Positions 1-11,134 of a stretch of 64,000 nucleotides of DNA are shown here, piece by piece. The translations under genes and the position numbers were made by a program. Below the pieces are notes generated by a model. The model was not told the DNA's origin, did no database searches, and worked only from the letters and a program-made list of their open reading frames with translations. Location: NCBI GenBank assembly GCA_041615815.1, contig JBFJCP010000001.1, positions 64,001-128,000 on the forward strand, written 5' to 3'. Origin of the DNA: Gemmatimonadales bacterium (GTDB taxonomy: Bacteria > Gemmatimonadota > Gemmatimonadetes > Gemmatimonadales > GWC2-71-9). Each line of letters starts with the position of its first letter. The first letter of the stretch is position 1.

Positions 1-493
1 GCTTGCCGACCGTGGTGAGCTGCGCAGGTTGGAAGTGCGTGTAGGCCAACGTCGCCACGTCACGGTGCCGCAGCGCAAAGGTGCGAAGCCCCTGCAGCAC
101 GGCCACGAGGCGGCCCAGGAGCAAACGCAGCCCCTCGCGGAGCACGACGAGATCCGCGTTGTCCGTCACATAGGCGCTCGTGGCTCCCAGGTGGAGATAG
201 GGACGCGCTGCCGGGGCCTGGTCTGCGAACGCGTGGATATGGGCCATCACGTCGTGCCGTACCCGCTGCTCGTAGCGACGGACCACGGCGAGGTCCACAT
301 CATCCAGATGGCGCTCCATCTGCCGAAGCGCCTCCTCGGGAATGTCGAGGCCGAGCCGCCGCTGTTCGGTGGCGAGGGCGAGCCACAGCCGACGCCACAG
401 TCGGGCGCGATGCTCGGCGCTCCAGAGCCGCAGCATCGCGGGCGAGGCGTATCGGGTGGCCAGCGCTGACTGATACCTCCCGGGGTCGGTCAT
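1..493 (-). CDS. purB: Adenylosuccinate lyase (5' part; runs off window start)
   Basis: Not in ORF track; my translation from ATG 493: [25 protein letters not shown]...RHDVMAHIHAF...LHLGATSAYVTDNAD...LAYTHFQPAQLTTVGK. The ATG overlaps the stop of the upstream protease (ATGA). Confidence 0.93.
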   Translation of the reverse strand, partial: MTDPGRYQSALATRYASPAMLRLWSAEHRARLWRRLWLALATEQRRLGLDIPEEALRQMERHLDDVDLAVVRRYEQRVRHDVMAHIHAFADQAPAARPYLHLGATSAYVTDNADLVVLREGLRLLLGRLVAVLQGLRTFALRHRDVATLAYTHFQPAQLTTVGK

Positions 494-1908
494 CGAATGC
501 GAAAGTCGGTGAACCCGAGGGCAGCGGCACGTTCGAAGTAGACCCGGACGGCGCCACGGCCAGCCGCCGTCCGAAAGGCCTGCCGGGCCTCTTCGGCGGA
601 CGTGATGGGCTCTCGGTTGATCTGGATGATTACGTCTCCTGAGCGAAGCCCCGTGTTGCGCTGAGTCTCCTCACCCACGTCGTAGATCAGGGCGCCGTGC
701 TCTCGCCGGACGCCACGCTCCTGGCGGACGGCCGGCGTCAAGGTGACCAGACGAATATCTCCGAGCACCGTGAGTTTTTCGGCGACCGTACTGGGCAGCT
801 CCTCCACCGTCAGCTGTGCGGGACGGTCCCGTCCATCTCGCTGCACGACGATGCTGAGCTGGTCCCCCGGGCCCACGTCCAACTTCACGGCCTCCCAGTC
901 CAAGAATGTGCGAATGGGACGGCCTCCCGCGGAGACGAGGACGTCGTCCGGCCGAACACCCGCTCGGGCCGCGGGGCCATCCGGCGCGACCGACGTCACG
1001 GGAACGCCGCCGCGACGCTTCCAGTCGCGCCGATCGTCCATGCCGGCCACCTCCATTCCCACCCACGCGCGGCGCACGATGCCGTACTCCTCCAGCTCGC
1101 GGGCCACGCGGAGGGCGCGCTCCACCGGAATGGCGAATCCGATGCCAATCGAGCCCCCTCCTTGAGAGAAGATCGAGCTATTGACCCCTATCACCTCGCC
1201 GAGCGCGTTGATGAGTGGTCCGCCACTGTTCCCAGGATTGATGGCGGCATCTGTCTGGATCATCTGTACGTACACACGCCCATCGTCACCGGAAGGCAAC
1301 AGATTCCGTCCTACGGCGCTCACGACTCCCGCCGTGACTGATGGTTCGGTATTGCCCAAGAGGTAGCCATAGGGATTCCCGATGGCGACCACCCATTCTC
1401 CAATCATCAAGTCGGTACTGGTCCCAATGGGTGCTGTCGGAAACTCGTGTCCTTCGATTTTGAGCACCGCGATATCGGTGAGCGGATCTTCGCCCAGGAG
1501 TGCGGCCTCGTAGTCCGCCCCATCTCGGGTCGTGACGACGATCCGCTCGGCACCCGTCGTGACGTGTTGATTGGTCAGAATGAGACCGTCGGCAGACACG
1601 ATGAATCCCGATCCCAGTCCCTCGACCAAGCGCTCGTAGCCGCGAGGAATGAAAAAGAGATCCCACGCCGAGCGCGCCGTGCGACGTACCCGCCGCACGA
1701 CGTTGACACTCACGACCGTGGGAGCCACCCGGGCGGCCGCTTCCACAATGGCCGAATGGCGAGAGTTCGTGAGGCTGTCGGAGAGCGACTGCCGACGCTG
1801 GGTGTGCGCCGAGGAGTCCGCGGCCTGGATGGACCGAGCCGCGGCCTGTGGCGCCGCGTCCCCACAGGCGGCACTGACGGCGAGCGCCAGCGCCACAACA
1901 ATGGTCAA
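490..1908 (-). CDS. HtrA/DegP-family trypsin-like serine protease with two PDZ domains, probable lipoprotein
   Basis: [22 protein letters not shown] and [15 protein letters not shown] motifs; PDZ-like C-terminus. TTG 1908 overlaps the transaldolase stop and gives a signal peptide ending in lipobox SAAC. Confidence 0.9.
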   Translation of the reverse strand: MTIVVALALAVSAACGDAAPQAAARSIQAADSSAHTQRRQSLSDSLTNSRHSAIVEAAARVAPTVVSVNVVRRVRRTARSAWDLFFIPRGYERLVEGLGSGFIVSADGLILTNQHVTTGAERIVVTTRDGADYEAALLGEDPLTDIAVLKIEGHEFPTAPIGTSTDLMIGEWVVAIGNPYGYLLGNTEPSVTAGVVSAVGRNLLPSGDDGRVYVQMIQTDAAINPGNSGGPLINALGEVIGVNSSIFSQGGGSIGIGFAIPVERALRVARELEEYGIVRRAWVGMEVAGMDDRRDWKRRGGVPVTSVAPDGPAARAGVRPDDVLVSAGGRPIRTFLDWEAVKLDVGPGDQLSIVVQRDGRDRPAQLTVEELPSTVAEKLTVLGDIRLVTLTPAVRQERGVRREHGALIYDVGEETQRNTGLRSGDVIIQINREPITSAEEARQAFRTAAGRGAVRVYFERAAALGFTDFRIR

Positions 1909-2573
1909 GCGCGGACCTTGGACCGCCCCGTCAGCTTGCTCCAATCGTTGAGGAATTGATCCAACCCTCGGTCGGTCAGCGGATGAAGGAGGAGCTTCTT
2001 CAAGGTGCTCGTGGGCATCGTCGCGACATCCGCCCCGATCATCGCCGCCTCGGCCACGTGGCGTGGGTGACGGATCGACGCAGCGAGAATGCGCGTCTCG
2101 ATACCATAATTGTCGTAGATCTGCCGTGTCTCTCGCACCACGTCCATTCCGTCGTGCCCAATGTCGTCCAGCCGGCCCAAAAACGGCGAGATGAACGTGG
2201 CCCCGGCCTTGGCGGCGATCAAACACTGAACGGAACTGAACGCCAGTGTGACGTTCACCTTGATGCCTTCGGAGACGAGTCGACGCACCGCGGCCATCCC
2301 GTCCTCGAGCATGGGAATCTTGATCACGATGTTGTCCGCCAGTTTCGCGAGCTCCCGTCCCTCCTGGTACATCCCTTCGGTATCGATCGCCACCACTTCG
2401 GCACTCACTGGTCCGTGAACGAGCGAACAAATCTCTTTGAGGACGTCGTTGGGTTCGAGATCACCCGCCACTTTGGACAGGAGCGTGGGATTCGTGGTGA
2501 CTCCGTCAATCAAACCCGCCTGAGACGCCCAGCGGATGTCGCTGAGATCAGCGGTGTCGAGAAAGAATTTCAT
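1905..2573 (-). CDS. Transaldolase / fructose-6-phosphate aldolase (TalC/Fsa family)
   Basis: [22 protein letters not shown] (Schiff-base Lys), [22 protein letters not shown]. Confidence 0.93.
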   Translation of the reverse strand: MKFFLDTADLSDIRWASQAGLIDGVTTNPTLLSKVAGDLEPNDVLKEICSLVHGPVSAEVVAIDTEGMYQEGRELAKLADNIVIKIPMLEDGMAAVRRLVSEGIKVNVTLAFSSVQCLIAAKAGATFISPFLGRLDDIGHDGMDVVRETRQIYDNYGIETRILAASIRHPRHVAEAAMIGADVATMPTSTLKKLLLHPLTDRGLDQFLNDWSKLTGRSKVRA

Positions 2574-3343
2574 TGGTCGATACCCTCGGCAAGTTGGGGG
2601 TAGCGTGCGCCCACAAAATACAGCCCCTGTGGTGGGGCCGGCGGGCTCGCGTCCCGGTTCGAATGGCTCTGAAGCAGGTGCGCAGCGTCTTGCACTGGTC
2701 GACGCCCACGCCCCACATCCACCATGACACCAATCAAAAACCGCACCATTCGGTGCAGGAAGCGATCCGCTTCGATCGTAAAGATAAAACCTTCCCCGTC
2801 CGGCCGCGCCTGCCACTCCGAGACCCCTACGCCACATCGATAGTGCTGTTTGGGCTGCCCCACGGCCGAATACCCTCGGAAGTCGTGTTCCCCCACAAAC
2901 AGGGCGGCGGTTTCGGACAAGGCCTCGGCATCGAGCGGTCCCCCGATCGCCCATTCATAGGGGCGGCGAAACGGGGAGAACGCCGCGGGATCGCACCCCA
3001 CGACATATCGATAGCGGCGAACGAGGGCGTCGCGACGGGCGTGGAACCCCACCGGCGCGTGCCCGAGGCGGGCAATCCAGATGTCGGGCGGGGTGAGCGC
3101 GCGCAACGCCCGAAGCAGACTGCCCAACTCCCACGGTTTGGGAGTCCGGAAGCTGACCACCTGGCCAAGTGCGTGGACCCCCGCGTCGGTGCGGCCGGCC
3201 GCGTTGGTGGCCACCCGCTCGCCAATGAGGCGCTCCAGAACGTTCTCGAACTCGCCCTGGGCCGTGCGATGCGCGGGTTGGCGCTGCCAACCGGCAAAAT
3301 CGCGCCCAAAGTACTGGACGACAGCATAGTAGTGCTCCGACAT
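2570..3343 (-). CDS. truA: tRNA pseudouridine(38-40) synthase
   Basis: [46 protein letters not shown]. Confidence 0.95.
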   Translation of the reverse strand: MSEHYYAVVQYFGRDFAGWQRQPAHRTAQGEFENVLERLIGERVATNAAGRTDAGVHALGQVVSFRTPKPWELGSLLRALRALTPPDIWIARLGHAPVGFHARRDALVRRYRYVVGCDPAAFSPFRRPYEWAIGGPLDAEALSETAALFVGEHDFRGYSAVGQPKQHYRCGVGVSEWQARPDGEGFIFTIEADRFLHRMVRFLIGVMVDVGRGRRPVQDAAHLLQSHSNRDASPPAPPQGLYFVGARYPQLAEGIDQ

Positions 3344-3351
3344 GCGGCGTG

Positions 3352-3380
3352 AAGATAGATGGCCACGGATGTAGCAGCAA
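3352..3380 (-). promoter_or_regulatory. sigma70-type promoter for truA (near-leaderless)
   Basis: TTGCTG-N17-TATCTT on minus strand, ending 8 nt before ATG 3343; no Shine-Dalgarno. Confidence 0.5.
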
Positions 3381-3457
3381 GCAGCACAAGCACTTGCCGC
3401 ATTGACAGCGGCCGACCGTCGCCCGAACCTTGCAGGCCCAATGAGCCAACACCTACG

Positions 3458-4510
3458 ATGACCGCACCCCTGAGCCCCGCACTGCTCGAAGCGCTGCGCG
3501 CGTTGGCGGACGGCAAATCCCCGGGCGAGCACTGCACCGCGCAGGCATTTGCGGCCGTCATGCGTGGGGAGGCCGTCCCGTCACAAATCGGCGGGCTGCT
3601 CCTGGGCCTTCGCGCCAAGGGGGAAACCGAGGAGGAGGTGCGCGGCATCGTGCGCGCCCTCCGCGACGCCATGATCCGGGTCGCCGTTCCCGATCCGTCG
3701 CGGCTCATCGATACCTGTGGCACCGGTGGGGGCACGATCTCCACGTTCAACATCTCGACGGTGGCGGCGTTTGTCGCCGCGGCGGCGGGCGCCGTCGTGG
3801 CGAAGCACGGGAACCGCTCGTATACGTCGCGCTGCGGATCCGCCGATCTCTTGGAAGCGCTGGGTGTGCGCATCATCGTGGACGCCCAACAGGCAGCGGC
3901 GCTCTTGCGGGACCACCGATTGGCCTTCCTGTTCGCGCCCGCGTTTCATCCAGCGATGCGCTCGGTCACCCCGGTCCGAAGAGAACTTGGTGTCCCCACG
4001 ATCATGAATCTCGTTGGCCCCATGGCCAACCCCGCTGGAGCACGCCGACAAGTGCTGGGGGTCTGGGACGTGTCGCGCGCGCCACTCGTGGCCCGCGTGC
4101 TGGCCCGTCTCGACGCCGAGCACGTCCTGGTGGTGCACGCGCGGATTGGGATGGACGAGATCGCTCCGGTTGGGATCACGGATGCCTGGGAGGTACGGAA
4201 CGGAGCGGTGCGCCAGCTCACGATCGATCCGGCTACGCATGGACTGGTACGTGACGACGTGGGTTTGTTGGCGGGCGGCACACCGACGGACAACGCGCAA
4301 CGGGTGGTGCGCCTCCTGGAAAACCCGCGCTCCGACGAAGACGGGCGTGCGGCGGTGGGCCTCAACGCGGGGGCAGCAATCATGGTCTCCGGCGTCACCG
4401 AGACGATGGAGCGGGGCGTCGAGTTGGCGTTGGAAACGCTCGATACCGGTGCGGGAGCGGAGTGGCTCGAGCGGCTTCGGCACGCAGCGCCGGCTAGTAC
4501 TTCCGAATGA
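3458..4510 (+). CDS. trpD: Anthranilate phosphoribosyltransferase
   Basis: DTCGTGG, FNIST, KHGNRS, GSADLLEALG, FAPAFHPAM, GMDE. Confidence 0.95.
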   Translation: MTAPLSPALLEALRALADGKSPGEHCTAQAFAAVMRGEAVPSQIGGLLLGLRAKGETEEEVRGIVRALRDAMIRVAVPDPSRLIDTCGTGGGTISTFNISTVAAFVAAAAGAVVAKHGNRSYTSRCGSADLLEALGVRIIVDAQQAAALLRDHRLAFLFAPAFHPAMRSVTPVRRELGVPTIMNLVGPMANPAGARRQVLGVWDVSRAPLVARVLARLDAEHVLVVHARIGMDEIAPVGITDAWEVRNGAVRQLTIDPATHGLVRDDVGLLAGGTPTDNAQRVVRLLENPRSDEDGRAAVGLNAGAAIMVSGVTETMERGVELALETLDTGAGAEWLERLRHAAPASTSE

Positions 4511-5102
4511 CTCCCACGACGATGCCCTGAATCAGGATGTTGTCTTCGTGAACGCGAAGCGGCGGGACTCGATCGTTCGCCGGTTGTAACCGGATCCACC
4601 CACCCGGTTCGCGAAACAGCCGTTTGACGGTTGCGGATGTCCCGTCCACCAGGGCGATCACCATTTCGCCGTTGTCCGCCGCCTCCCGCCCCTGGACGAC
4701 CACGTAGTCACCGTCCTGAATGTGCTCGTCGATCATCGACTCGCCGCGAACCCGAAGCACGTACGCGTGGCCCCGGCGGGGAAGGAGGTCGTTGGGCACC
4801 GGGATCGTCTCGGGGACCGTGACGGCTTCGATGGGCTCGCCGGCGGCCACTTCGCCGAGTAACGGGAGTTCCGTAGCCCCAGACTGGCCGGGTGGCGGCA
4901 CCAGCTCGATGGACCGACTCTCGTTGTACCCCCGCCGGATATAGCCTTTTCGCTGCAGGTTCGTGAGGTGCTCGTGAACCGTCGCGAGCGAGGCGAAGGA
5001 GAAGTGCTCCGCGATCTCCTCGAACGACGGCGCAAAGCCGTGATCCTGGATGTAGTTTTGGAGGTAGTCCAAAATCTGTTTTTGGCGGCGGGTGAGCGGC
5101 AT
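4494..5102 (-). CDS. lexA: SOS repressor LexA
   Basis: wHTH (PSFEEIA...SLATVHEHL), cleavage site VAAGEP, catalytic Ser (GESM) and Lys (ATVKR). Confidence 0.96.
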   Translation of the reverse strand: MPLTRRQKQILDYLQNYIQDHGFAPSFEEIAEHFSFASLATVHEHLTNLQRKGYIRRGYNESRSIELVPPPGQSGATELPLLGEVAAGEPIEAVTVPETIPVPNDLLPRRGHAYVLRVRGESMIDEHIQDGDYVVVQGREAADNGEMVIALVDGTSATVKRLFREPGGWIRLQPANDRVPPLRVHEDNILIQGIVVGVIRKY

Positions 5103-5122
5103 ATCCAGCCCCCGTTCCGTGA

Positions 5123-5171
5123 CCGAAGGTATTCCGAAGCTCAACATACCCGAACACAGCCCGAAACGCAA
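5123..5171 (-). promoter_or_regulatory. lexA promoter with two overlapping direct-repeat candidate LexA boxes
   Basis: Minus strand TTGCGT(5171-5166)-N17-TATGTT(5148-5143); TTTC-N7-GTTC between the hexamers and CTTC-N7-CTTC after the -10. Confidence 0.6.
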
Positions 5172-5179
5172 GGAGAGCT

Positions 5180-5971
5180 TTGTCCGCCTCGGTCCTCGAC
5201 GCGCTCCTTGACGCCGCGAATCGGACCGTCCGGGAGTTGCGCTCTCGGCGCGCAGTGATCGAAGCCGCGGCATTGAGCGCTCCCGTCCCGGTATCATGGC
5301 GGGGTGTGCTCGCCCCAGCCACGGTGGCTGTCGTCGCGGAGGTCAAACGCCGATCGCCATCGTCGGGCGCCATTGCCCCGTCGTTGGACGCCGCCGCACA
5401 GGCTCGGGCGTACCAGGCGGGCGGTGCGGGGGCGGTCTCCGTCCTCACGGAACACGAGCATTTTGGCGGCTCTATCAGGGACCTAGAGATCGTGCGATCG
5501 TCGGTCGGCATCCCGATTCTCCGAAAGGACTTCATTATCGACCCTGTCCAAGTGGCGGAGTCGCGAGCGACGGGTGCGAGCGCGGTCCTCCTGATCGTTC
5601 GGGCGCTGGATTCCCTGCAAATGACGGATCTGGCCGCCTGTGCGCGTGATTGGGGGCTCGGACGTTTGATCGAAGTCCACGACGAGCGGGAACTGGAGCT
5701 TGCCTTGCAGCTGGCACCGGAGTCGGTGGGCGTGAATTCTCGTGATTTGGCAACCCTCGAGGTGCATCGGGGAGTTCACGAGCGGGTCATCCCTCTGGTG
5801 CCCTCGGGCATCGCGGTCGTGGCTGAGAGCGGTCTGCGCGATCGCGCAGACGTGGAACGGGTGGCTGGCTGGGGCGCGGACGCGGTCCTGGTCGGGACCG
5901 CGGTGTCGGCCGCCAGCCACCCGGAGTCCGCGGTTCGGGCCCTGACCGGGGTCGAGCGTCATGGCCGCTGA
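5180..5971 (+). CDS. trpC: Indole-3-glycerol phosphate synthase
   Basis: [40 protein letters not shown] before the TTG start. Confidence 0.95.
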   Translation: MSASVLDALLDAANRTVRELRSRRAVIEAAALSAPVPVSWRGVLAPATVAVVAEVKRRSPSSGAIAPSLDAAAQARAYQAGGAGAVSVLTEHEHFGGSIRDLEIVRSSVGIPILRKDFIIDPVQVAESRATGASAVLLIVRALDSLQMTDLAACARDWGLGRLIEVHDERELELALQLAPESVGVNSRDLATLEVHRGVHERVIPLVPSGIAVVAESGLRDRADVERVAGWGADAVLVGTAVSAASHPESAVRALTGVERHGR

Positions 5972-7178
5972 CGTGCGCGCGGGCGAGGCGGCGAGCGTGA
6001 CGGCACCGCCCGTCCGGTTTGGCCGTTACGGCGGCCGCTATGTTCCCGAGACGCTGATGCCGGCTCTCGAGGAATTGGCCGCGGCTTACGACCGTCTCGC
6101 CGAGGACGCGGAGTTCCAGGGCGAACTCGCCAACCTCCTTGCCACGTATGCGGGCCGCCCGACGCCGCTTTCGGAGGCTCCGCGTTTGTCCGAGCGGGTG
6201 GGTCGGCGCGTGCTCCTCAAGCGCGAGGATTTGGCGCACACGGGTGCGCACAAGATCAACAACACGCTCGGCCAGGTCTTGCTGGCCCGGCGGATCGGCA
6301 AGCGCCGGATCATCGCCGAGACCGGGGCCGGTCAACACGGGGTCGCGACGGCGACGGCCTGTGCGCGATTGGGGTTGGAGTGTGTGGTGTACATGGGTGC
6401 CGAAGACATGGATCGGCAGCGGCTCAATGTCTTTCGGATGGAGCTGCTCGGGGCCACCGTCGTGCCAGTCACGTCTGGCACGCGCACGCTCAAAGATGCC
6501 ACGAACGAGGCCCTGCGGGATTGGGTCGCCAGCGTCCGCACCACGCACTACGTGATTGGATCCGTGGTGGGACCCGATCCATTTCCCCGCCTTGTGCGGG
6601 ATTTTCAGCGGGTCATCGGCCGCGAGACGCGGGACCAGGTCGTCCAACGTACGGGCCAGTTGCCAGCCGCCGTCATCGCCTGCGTGGGTGGCGGGTCGAA
6701 TGCGCTCGGGATCTTTACTGCGTTCCTGGACGATGCCGGGGTCGTGCTGGTCGGCGTGGAGGCTGCCGGATTCGGAACCGATACTGGCAAGCATGCGGCG
6801 TCGCTGAGCTGCGGACGGCCGGGGATTCTCCACGGTAGCTTGAGTTATCTCTTGCAGGACGCCGATGGGCAGGTGCGTGCGGCCCATTCGATTTCCGCGG
6901 GTCTTGACTACCCCGGCGTGGGTCCCGAACATGCGTACTTGCGTGACTCCGGCCGCGTCCGTTACGAGACAGTGACGGACACCGCAGCTCTGGAGGCGTT
7001 CTACACGCTCGCTCGACTGGAGGGCATTCTACCGGCGCTCGAAAGCGCCCACGCCGTGGCATGGCTTCTGGAGACTCGGACGCTTGAGCGGGCAGAGGGG
7101 GTCGTGGTGGTGAACCTGAGTGGCCGCGGCGACAAAGACGTGGCGCAGATCGCTGCTTTGAGAGGGAAGGCCGGGTGA
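5961..7178 (+). CDS. trpB: Tryptophan synthase beta chain
   Basis: [62 protein letters not shown]. Confidence 0.97.
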   Translation: MAADVRAGEAASVTAPPVRFGRYGGRYVPETLMPALEELAAAYDRLAEDAEFQGELANLLATYAGRPTPLSEAPRLSERVGRRVLLKREDLAHTGAHKINNTLGQVLLARRIGKRRIIAETGAGQHGVATATACARLGLECVVYMGAEDMDRQRLNVFRMELLGATVVPVTSGTRTLKDATNEALRDWVASVRTTHYVIGSVVGPDPFPRLVRDFQRVIGRETRDQVVQRTGQLPAAVIACVGGGSNALGIFTAFLDDAGVVLVGVEAAGFGTDTGKHAASLSCGRPGILHGSLSYLLQDADGQVRAAHSISAGLDYPGVGPEHAYLRDSGRVRYETVTDTAALEAFYTLARLEGILPALESAHAVAWLLETRTLERAEGVVVVNLSGRGDKDVAQIAALRGKAG

Positions 7179-8851
7179 CCGAACCGACCACCGCAGATAC
7201 TGCTCCCGACACGGCGGCCGTCTCGAATCTGCTGCAGGTCTTTTCCAAGGGACTGCGGGCGATCCAGCTCTATCTCCCCAACAATCCCGTCTATCAGAAG
7301 TCGATCGAGAACATCCGCACGTCGTTTCCAGCGGTGTGGGAAGAGTGCGCCGAACTCGAGCTGGAGGTCACCGAGACCGACCTCCGGTGGGAGGACCAGG
7401 TCGTCTACTCGCAGCCCAAGACGGACAGTCTGGCGTGGGTCATGTACAAGGACGGCGTCCGCGTTCTCACCCTGATCCCGGGCGTGGAGGATGAGGAGAT
7501 CGTCCGATTCCTGCACGTGATCAATACCGCCAAGCATCTAGCACCGGAGTCCAACGACGACCTCCTGACGCTGCTGTGGGAAGAGAACTTCGAGACGGTC
7601 AAGTACGATTACGTGGACCTATCCGCGGTTGACGTACACCCCATCACCGAATCGGATGCCAAACCCGAGGCGCTCGCGGAGGACGTGCGCCGCGAGGTGG
7701 AGGAGGAGCCCCCGCCCGATCGACCTCCCGGTCTGGTGGACATCGACGAGTTTGACTCCACGCTCTACTTCTTGGAGCCAAAGGAAATCGATTACTTGAA
7801 GGGCGAGGTGGACCGCGAGTACGCGCAGAATCTCCGCGCCAACGTGCTCGCGATGTTGTTCGACCTCCTCGAGCTCCAGACGTACGCGACCGTTCGTGCC
7901 GAACTCATCTCCATCGTCGAGAACTTCATTCCGTACCTGCTGGCCGCCGGCGATTATCAGTCGGTCGCCTACGTGCTCCGAGAAATCCGCGTCGTCATGC
8001 AGCGGGCGAGGGAGCTGCTGGACGAGCATCGGGGCACGTTGGAGGAACTGCCCGCCAAGATCTCACAACCCGAGTCGTTGTCGCAGCTGCTGCAGTCGCT
8101 GGACGAAGCCCACGTGCATCCGACCGAGGAGGAGCTGGCTGACCTTTTCCGGGAATTGCGGCCGGACGCGTTGGCGACGCTCCTGTCGTGGCTGCCGAAG
8201 CTGACGAATCAACGGGTGCGGGAGCTCCTCTCGCACGCGACGCGGCGGCTGGGAAGTGCGCATCCCGATCTCCTGGCTGCGGCGGTCCGGTCCGACGATG
8301 AGGCCATAGCGCTGGAGGCGATTCGCGTCGTCGGCCACGTGAAGCTCCCGCCCGTCATTCCAGCCCTCGGTGAGGCGCTCGAGCGCGAAATCCCCGCGCT
8401 GCGGCGGGCCGCCGTCACGGCGTTGGCGGCGATCGGGTCGCCGGGAGCCTTGCGTCACCTGGAAGTGGCGGTGGAGGACAACGACCGCGATGTTCGGATC
8501 GGTGCCGTGCGGGCGTTTGCCAACCGCGGCTATCGCGGTGGGTTTGCAAAGATCGAGTCGGTGGTCCTCGGCTCCGGGCTGCGCGACGCGGATCTCACGG
8601 AAAAGACCGCCTTCTTCGAGGCGTACGGCAAACTCGCGGGGCCCGCGGGAATCGGGAGGCTGCAGTCGATGCTGCGTGCCCGGGGGGGATTCATGAAGCG
8701 AAAGGAAGATCCCGAGACTCGCGCGTGCGCGGCGATGGCGCTGGGCAAGATCCGCACGCCCGAGGCCCGGCAGATTCTCGAAGACGCCGCCGAGGACAAA
8801 GACCCGCTGGTCCGTAATGCCGTGAACCGAGCGATGCGGGAGATGGGCTGA
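7175..8851 (+). CDS. HEAT-repeat protein with uncharacterised N-terminal domain
   Basis: C-terminal HEAT/PBS-lyase-like repeats ([44 protein letters not shown]); start overlaps the trpB stop. Confidence 0.8.
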   Translation: MTEPTTADTAPDTAAVSNLLQVFSKGLRAIQLYLPNNPVYQKSIENIRTSFPAVWEECAELELEVTETDLRWEDQVVYSQPKTDSLAWVMYKDGVRVLTLIPGVEDEEIVRFLHVINTAKHLAPESNDDLLTLLWEENFETVKYDYVDLSAVDVHPITESDAKPEALAEDVRREVEEEPPPDRPPGLVDIDEFDSTLYFLEPKEIDYLKGEVDREYAQNLRANVLAMLFDLLELQTYATVRAELISIVENFIPYLLAAGDYQSVAYVLREIRVVMQRARELLDEHRGTLEELPAKISQPESLSQLLQSLDEAHVHPTEEELADLFRELRPDALATLLSWLPKLTNQRVRELLSHATRRLGSAHPDLLAAAVRSDDEAIALEAIRVVGHVKLPPVIPALGEALEREIPALRRAAVTALAAIGSPGALRHLEVAVEDNDRDVRIGAVRAFANRGYRGGFAKIESVVLGSGLRDADLTEKTAFFEAYGKLAGPAGIGRLQSMLRARGGFMKRKEDPETRACAAMALGKIRTPEARQILEDAAEDKDPLVRNAVNRAMREMG

Positions 8852-8853
8852 GC

Positions 8854-10335
8854 ATGACATCGGATGCGGCCGGACGGGAATCCCGGACGACACTGACCGA
8901 TGCGGTGGGGACGGCGGCGAGCGTCTTGCGGCACGCTGGACGCAGCTTCCTGGTGTCGTTCTACGCCGCCCTTCGAAGCCTCAAGCTCTACCCCGTCGAA
9001 AACGACCAGGTCCAGCGCGCCCTAGATGACCTGGCGACCTCGGGTCGGCAACTCCTGGATCTCGAAGACGAGCTCGAGGTCCGCATCGCCGGGGAGTTCA
9101 TCTTCGTCAACTCCACCCGCCTCCGGCTCGATCTGGACAACTACGCCTCTTTCAGCCACGTCCTCACGACCTTGCGCCAATGCGACATTGGTGTGCTCCG
9201 CGTCGATGATCGGATGGAGCGACGTGAGTGGCAGGTCTTGATCTCGCTGTTGCTGACATTCGCCGCGCGCGATACCGATCCCAACAAACTGTTCGAGCTC
9301 CAGCAGAAGCTCCTGCAGGGCGGGGTCACGCACGTCGTCGTCGAGCCCCAGGCAGAAAGTGAAGAGGACACGCAGGACGAGGAGAAACAGAAGGAGATTG
9401 CGAAGCGAACCTACGAGCGCTCCGTTGCCGTGACCAAGGAGGTCATCAATAGCGTGCGGATGGGGCGGACCGCGAGCGTCCGAAAGGTGAAACGCGCGGT
9501 GCAGGGCATCGTCGATCAGGTGCTGAAAAACGAGGTATCCCTCATTGGACTGACGACGATCCGAGACTACGACGAGTACACATTCACGCACTCGGTGAAC
9601 GTCTGCATTTTCAGTGTTTCCATCGGGAAACGGATTGGGCTTTCAAAGCTGCAGCTGTACGACTTGGGACTCGCGGCCCTGTTTCACGACGTGGGGAAAA
9701 GCCGGGTACCGATCGAGATTCTCAGCAAAGAAGGAGCTTTGACCGACGAAGAGTGGCGGATCATGCAGGCCCACCCGTGGCTGGGTGTGCTCACCCTGTT
9801 TGGACTGCGCGGATACGGGGAGATTCCCTATCGCGCCATGATCGCGGCGTACGAACATCACATGAAGGTGGATCTCACAGGATATCCGAAATCCGTGCGC
9901 GCGCGGAACCTGTCGGTCTTTTCCAAGATCGTCGCCGTCGCCGACGCGTTCGACGCCGCGACCACCCGTCGCAGTTATCAGACCGTGCCGCTGCAGCCCG
10001 ACGAAGTGCTCCGCGAGATGTGGGAGAATCCGCGCCGGGGCTTCGACCCCGTGGTGGTCAAAGCGTTGATCAATCTCGTGGGCGTGTATCCTGTGGGGAC
10101 CTGTGTGATTCTCGATACCTACGAGTTGGCCGTGGTGCACGCAGCCAACTCGGATGTCTCCCAGCTGCACCGCCCGGTGGTCCGCGTGATCAGTACTCCC
10201 GAGGGCGGCATGTTGCGCCCCGGGGTCGTCACCGAGTTGTCGGAGCGCACCGCCGATGGCGGGTTCAAACGCTCCATCGTGAAGGTGACCGACCCGGCAA
10301 AATACGGCATCAACCCCGGCGACTACTTTGTCTGA
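8854..10335 (+). CDS. HD-GYP domain phosphodiesterase (putative c-di-GMP PDE)
   Basis: HSVNV, FHDVGK, AHP, EHH...TGYP, VAVADAFDA motifs. Confidence 0.88.
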   Translation: MTSDAAGRESRTTLTDAVGTAASVLRHAGRSFLVSFYAALRSLKLYPVENDQVQRALDDLATSGRQLLDLEDELEVRIAGEFIFVNSTRLRLDLDNYASFSHVLTTLRQCDIGVLRVDDRMERREWQVLISLLLTFAARDTDPNKLFELQQKLLQGGVTHVVVEPQAESEEDTQDEEKQKEIAKRTYERSVAVTKEVINSVRMGRTASVRKVKRAVQGIVDQVLKNEVSLIGLTTIRDYDEYTFTHSVNVCIFSVSIGKRIGLSKLQLYDLGLAALFHDVGKSRVPIEILSKEGALTDEEWRIMQAHPWLGVLTLFGLRGYGEIPYRAMIAAYEHHMKVDLTGYPKSVRARNLSVFSKIVAVADAFDAATTRRSYQTVPLQPDEVLREMWENPRRGFDPVVVKALINLVGVYPVGTCVILDTYELAVVHAANSDVSQLHRPVVRVISTPEGGMLRPGVVTELSERTADGGFKRSIVKVTDPAKYGINPGDYFV

Positions 10336-11134
10336 CGCGTCACTCGAGGCGTGCTGGACGCGCCTCCGCCACACCCGCCGCCCTGCACTCATTCCTTACC
10401 TCACTGCTGGCTTCCCCTCGCCTGACGCATCGCGGGAGGCCTTGGCCATGGTGGCCGAGGCGGGAGCGGACGTCGTGGAGCTGGGCATGCCGTTCAGCGA
10501 TCCGGTGGCGGACGGTCCGGTGATCCAACGCGCCAACCAACAGGCACTCGACGCGGGCATGTCGATCGAGAAAACGCTCGCCATGGTGCAATCCGGCTCA
10601 AGCGACATCCCGATCGTCCTGTTTGGCTATGTAAACCCGATCCTGGCGTATGGACTCGCCCGCTTCGTCGAGGACGCCGCGGCAGCCGGCGCGGCGGGCC
10701 TGCTCGTGACGGATCTCCCCGCAGGAGCGGACGCGGAGATGGAGCAAACGCTCGACGCTCCCTCGCTGCCCCTGATTCGTCTGATCGCCCCCACCACGGA
10801 CGACGCTCGGTGCGCGCGCATCCTGCAGGGCGCCCGCGGCTTTGTCTACGTCATCGCGCGGTTGGGCGTCACCGGTGCGCGGACGGTCGTGGGTGACGAT
10901 CTAACGGAGATCGTGGCCCGCGTCCGGCGAGCCACACCCTTGCCGCTTGCCGTTGGGTTTGGGCTGCGGGATGCCGCCCAGGCCGCGGCGGTGGCCCAAG
11001 TGGCCGACGGCGTCGTGGTCGGGAGCGCCCTGCTCGAACGTCTGGCCGTGAGCATACCGGATGCCCACGCGTTTCTCGCGGAGCTGCGCGCCGCGCTTGA
11101 CGGGGTGTCACCCAGCCGGCGAGGTGCGGCATGA
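10328..11134 (+). CDS. trpA: Tryptophan synthase alpha chain
   Basis: [54 protein letters not shown]. Confidence 0.96.
   Translation: MSDASLEACWTRLRHTRRPALIPYLTAGFPSPDASREALAMVAEAGADVVELGMPFSDPVADGPVIQRANQQALDAGMSIEKTLAMVQSGSSDIPIVLFGYVNPILAYGLARFVEDAAAAGAAGLLVTDLPAGADAEMEQTLDAPSLPLIRLIAPTTDDARCARILQGARGFVYVIARLGVTGARTVVGDDLTEIVARVRRATPLPLAVGFGLRDAAQAAAVAQVADGVVVGSALLERLAVSIPDAHAFLAELRAALDGVSPSRRGAA

Noticed and set aside
29..469. 146-aa plus-strand ORF
   Set aside because: Antisense shadow of purB, which has clear motifs on the minus strand.
3441..3461. Six-codon ORF (MSQHLR) overlapping the trpD start, as a possible trp leader peptide
   Set aside because: No Trp codons and no terminator/antiterminator hairpins; likely chance.
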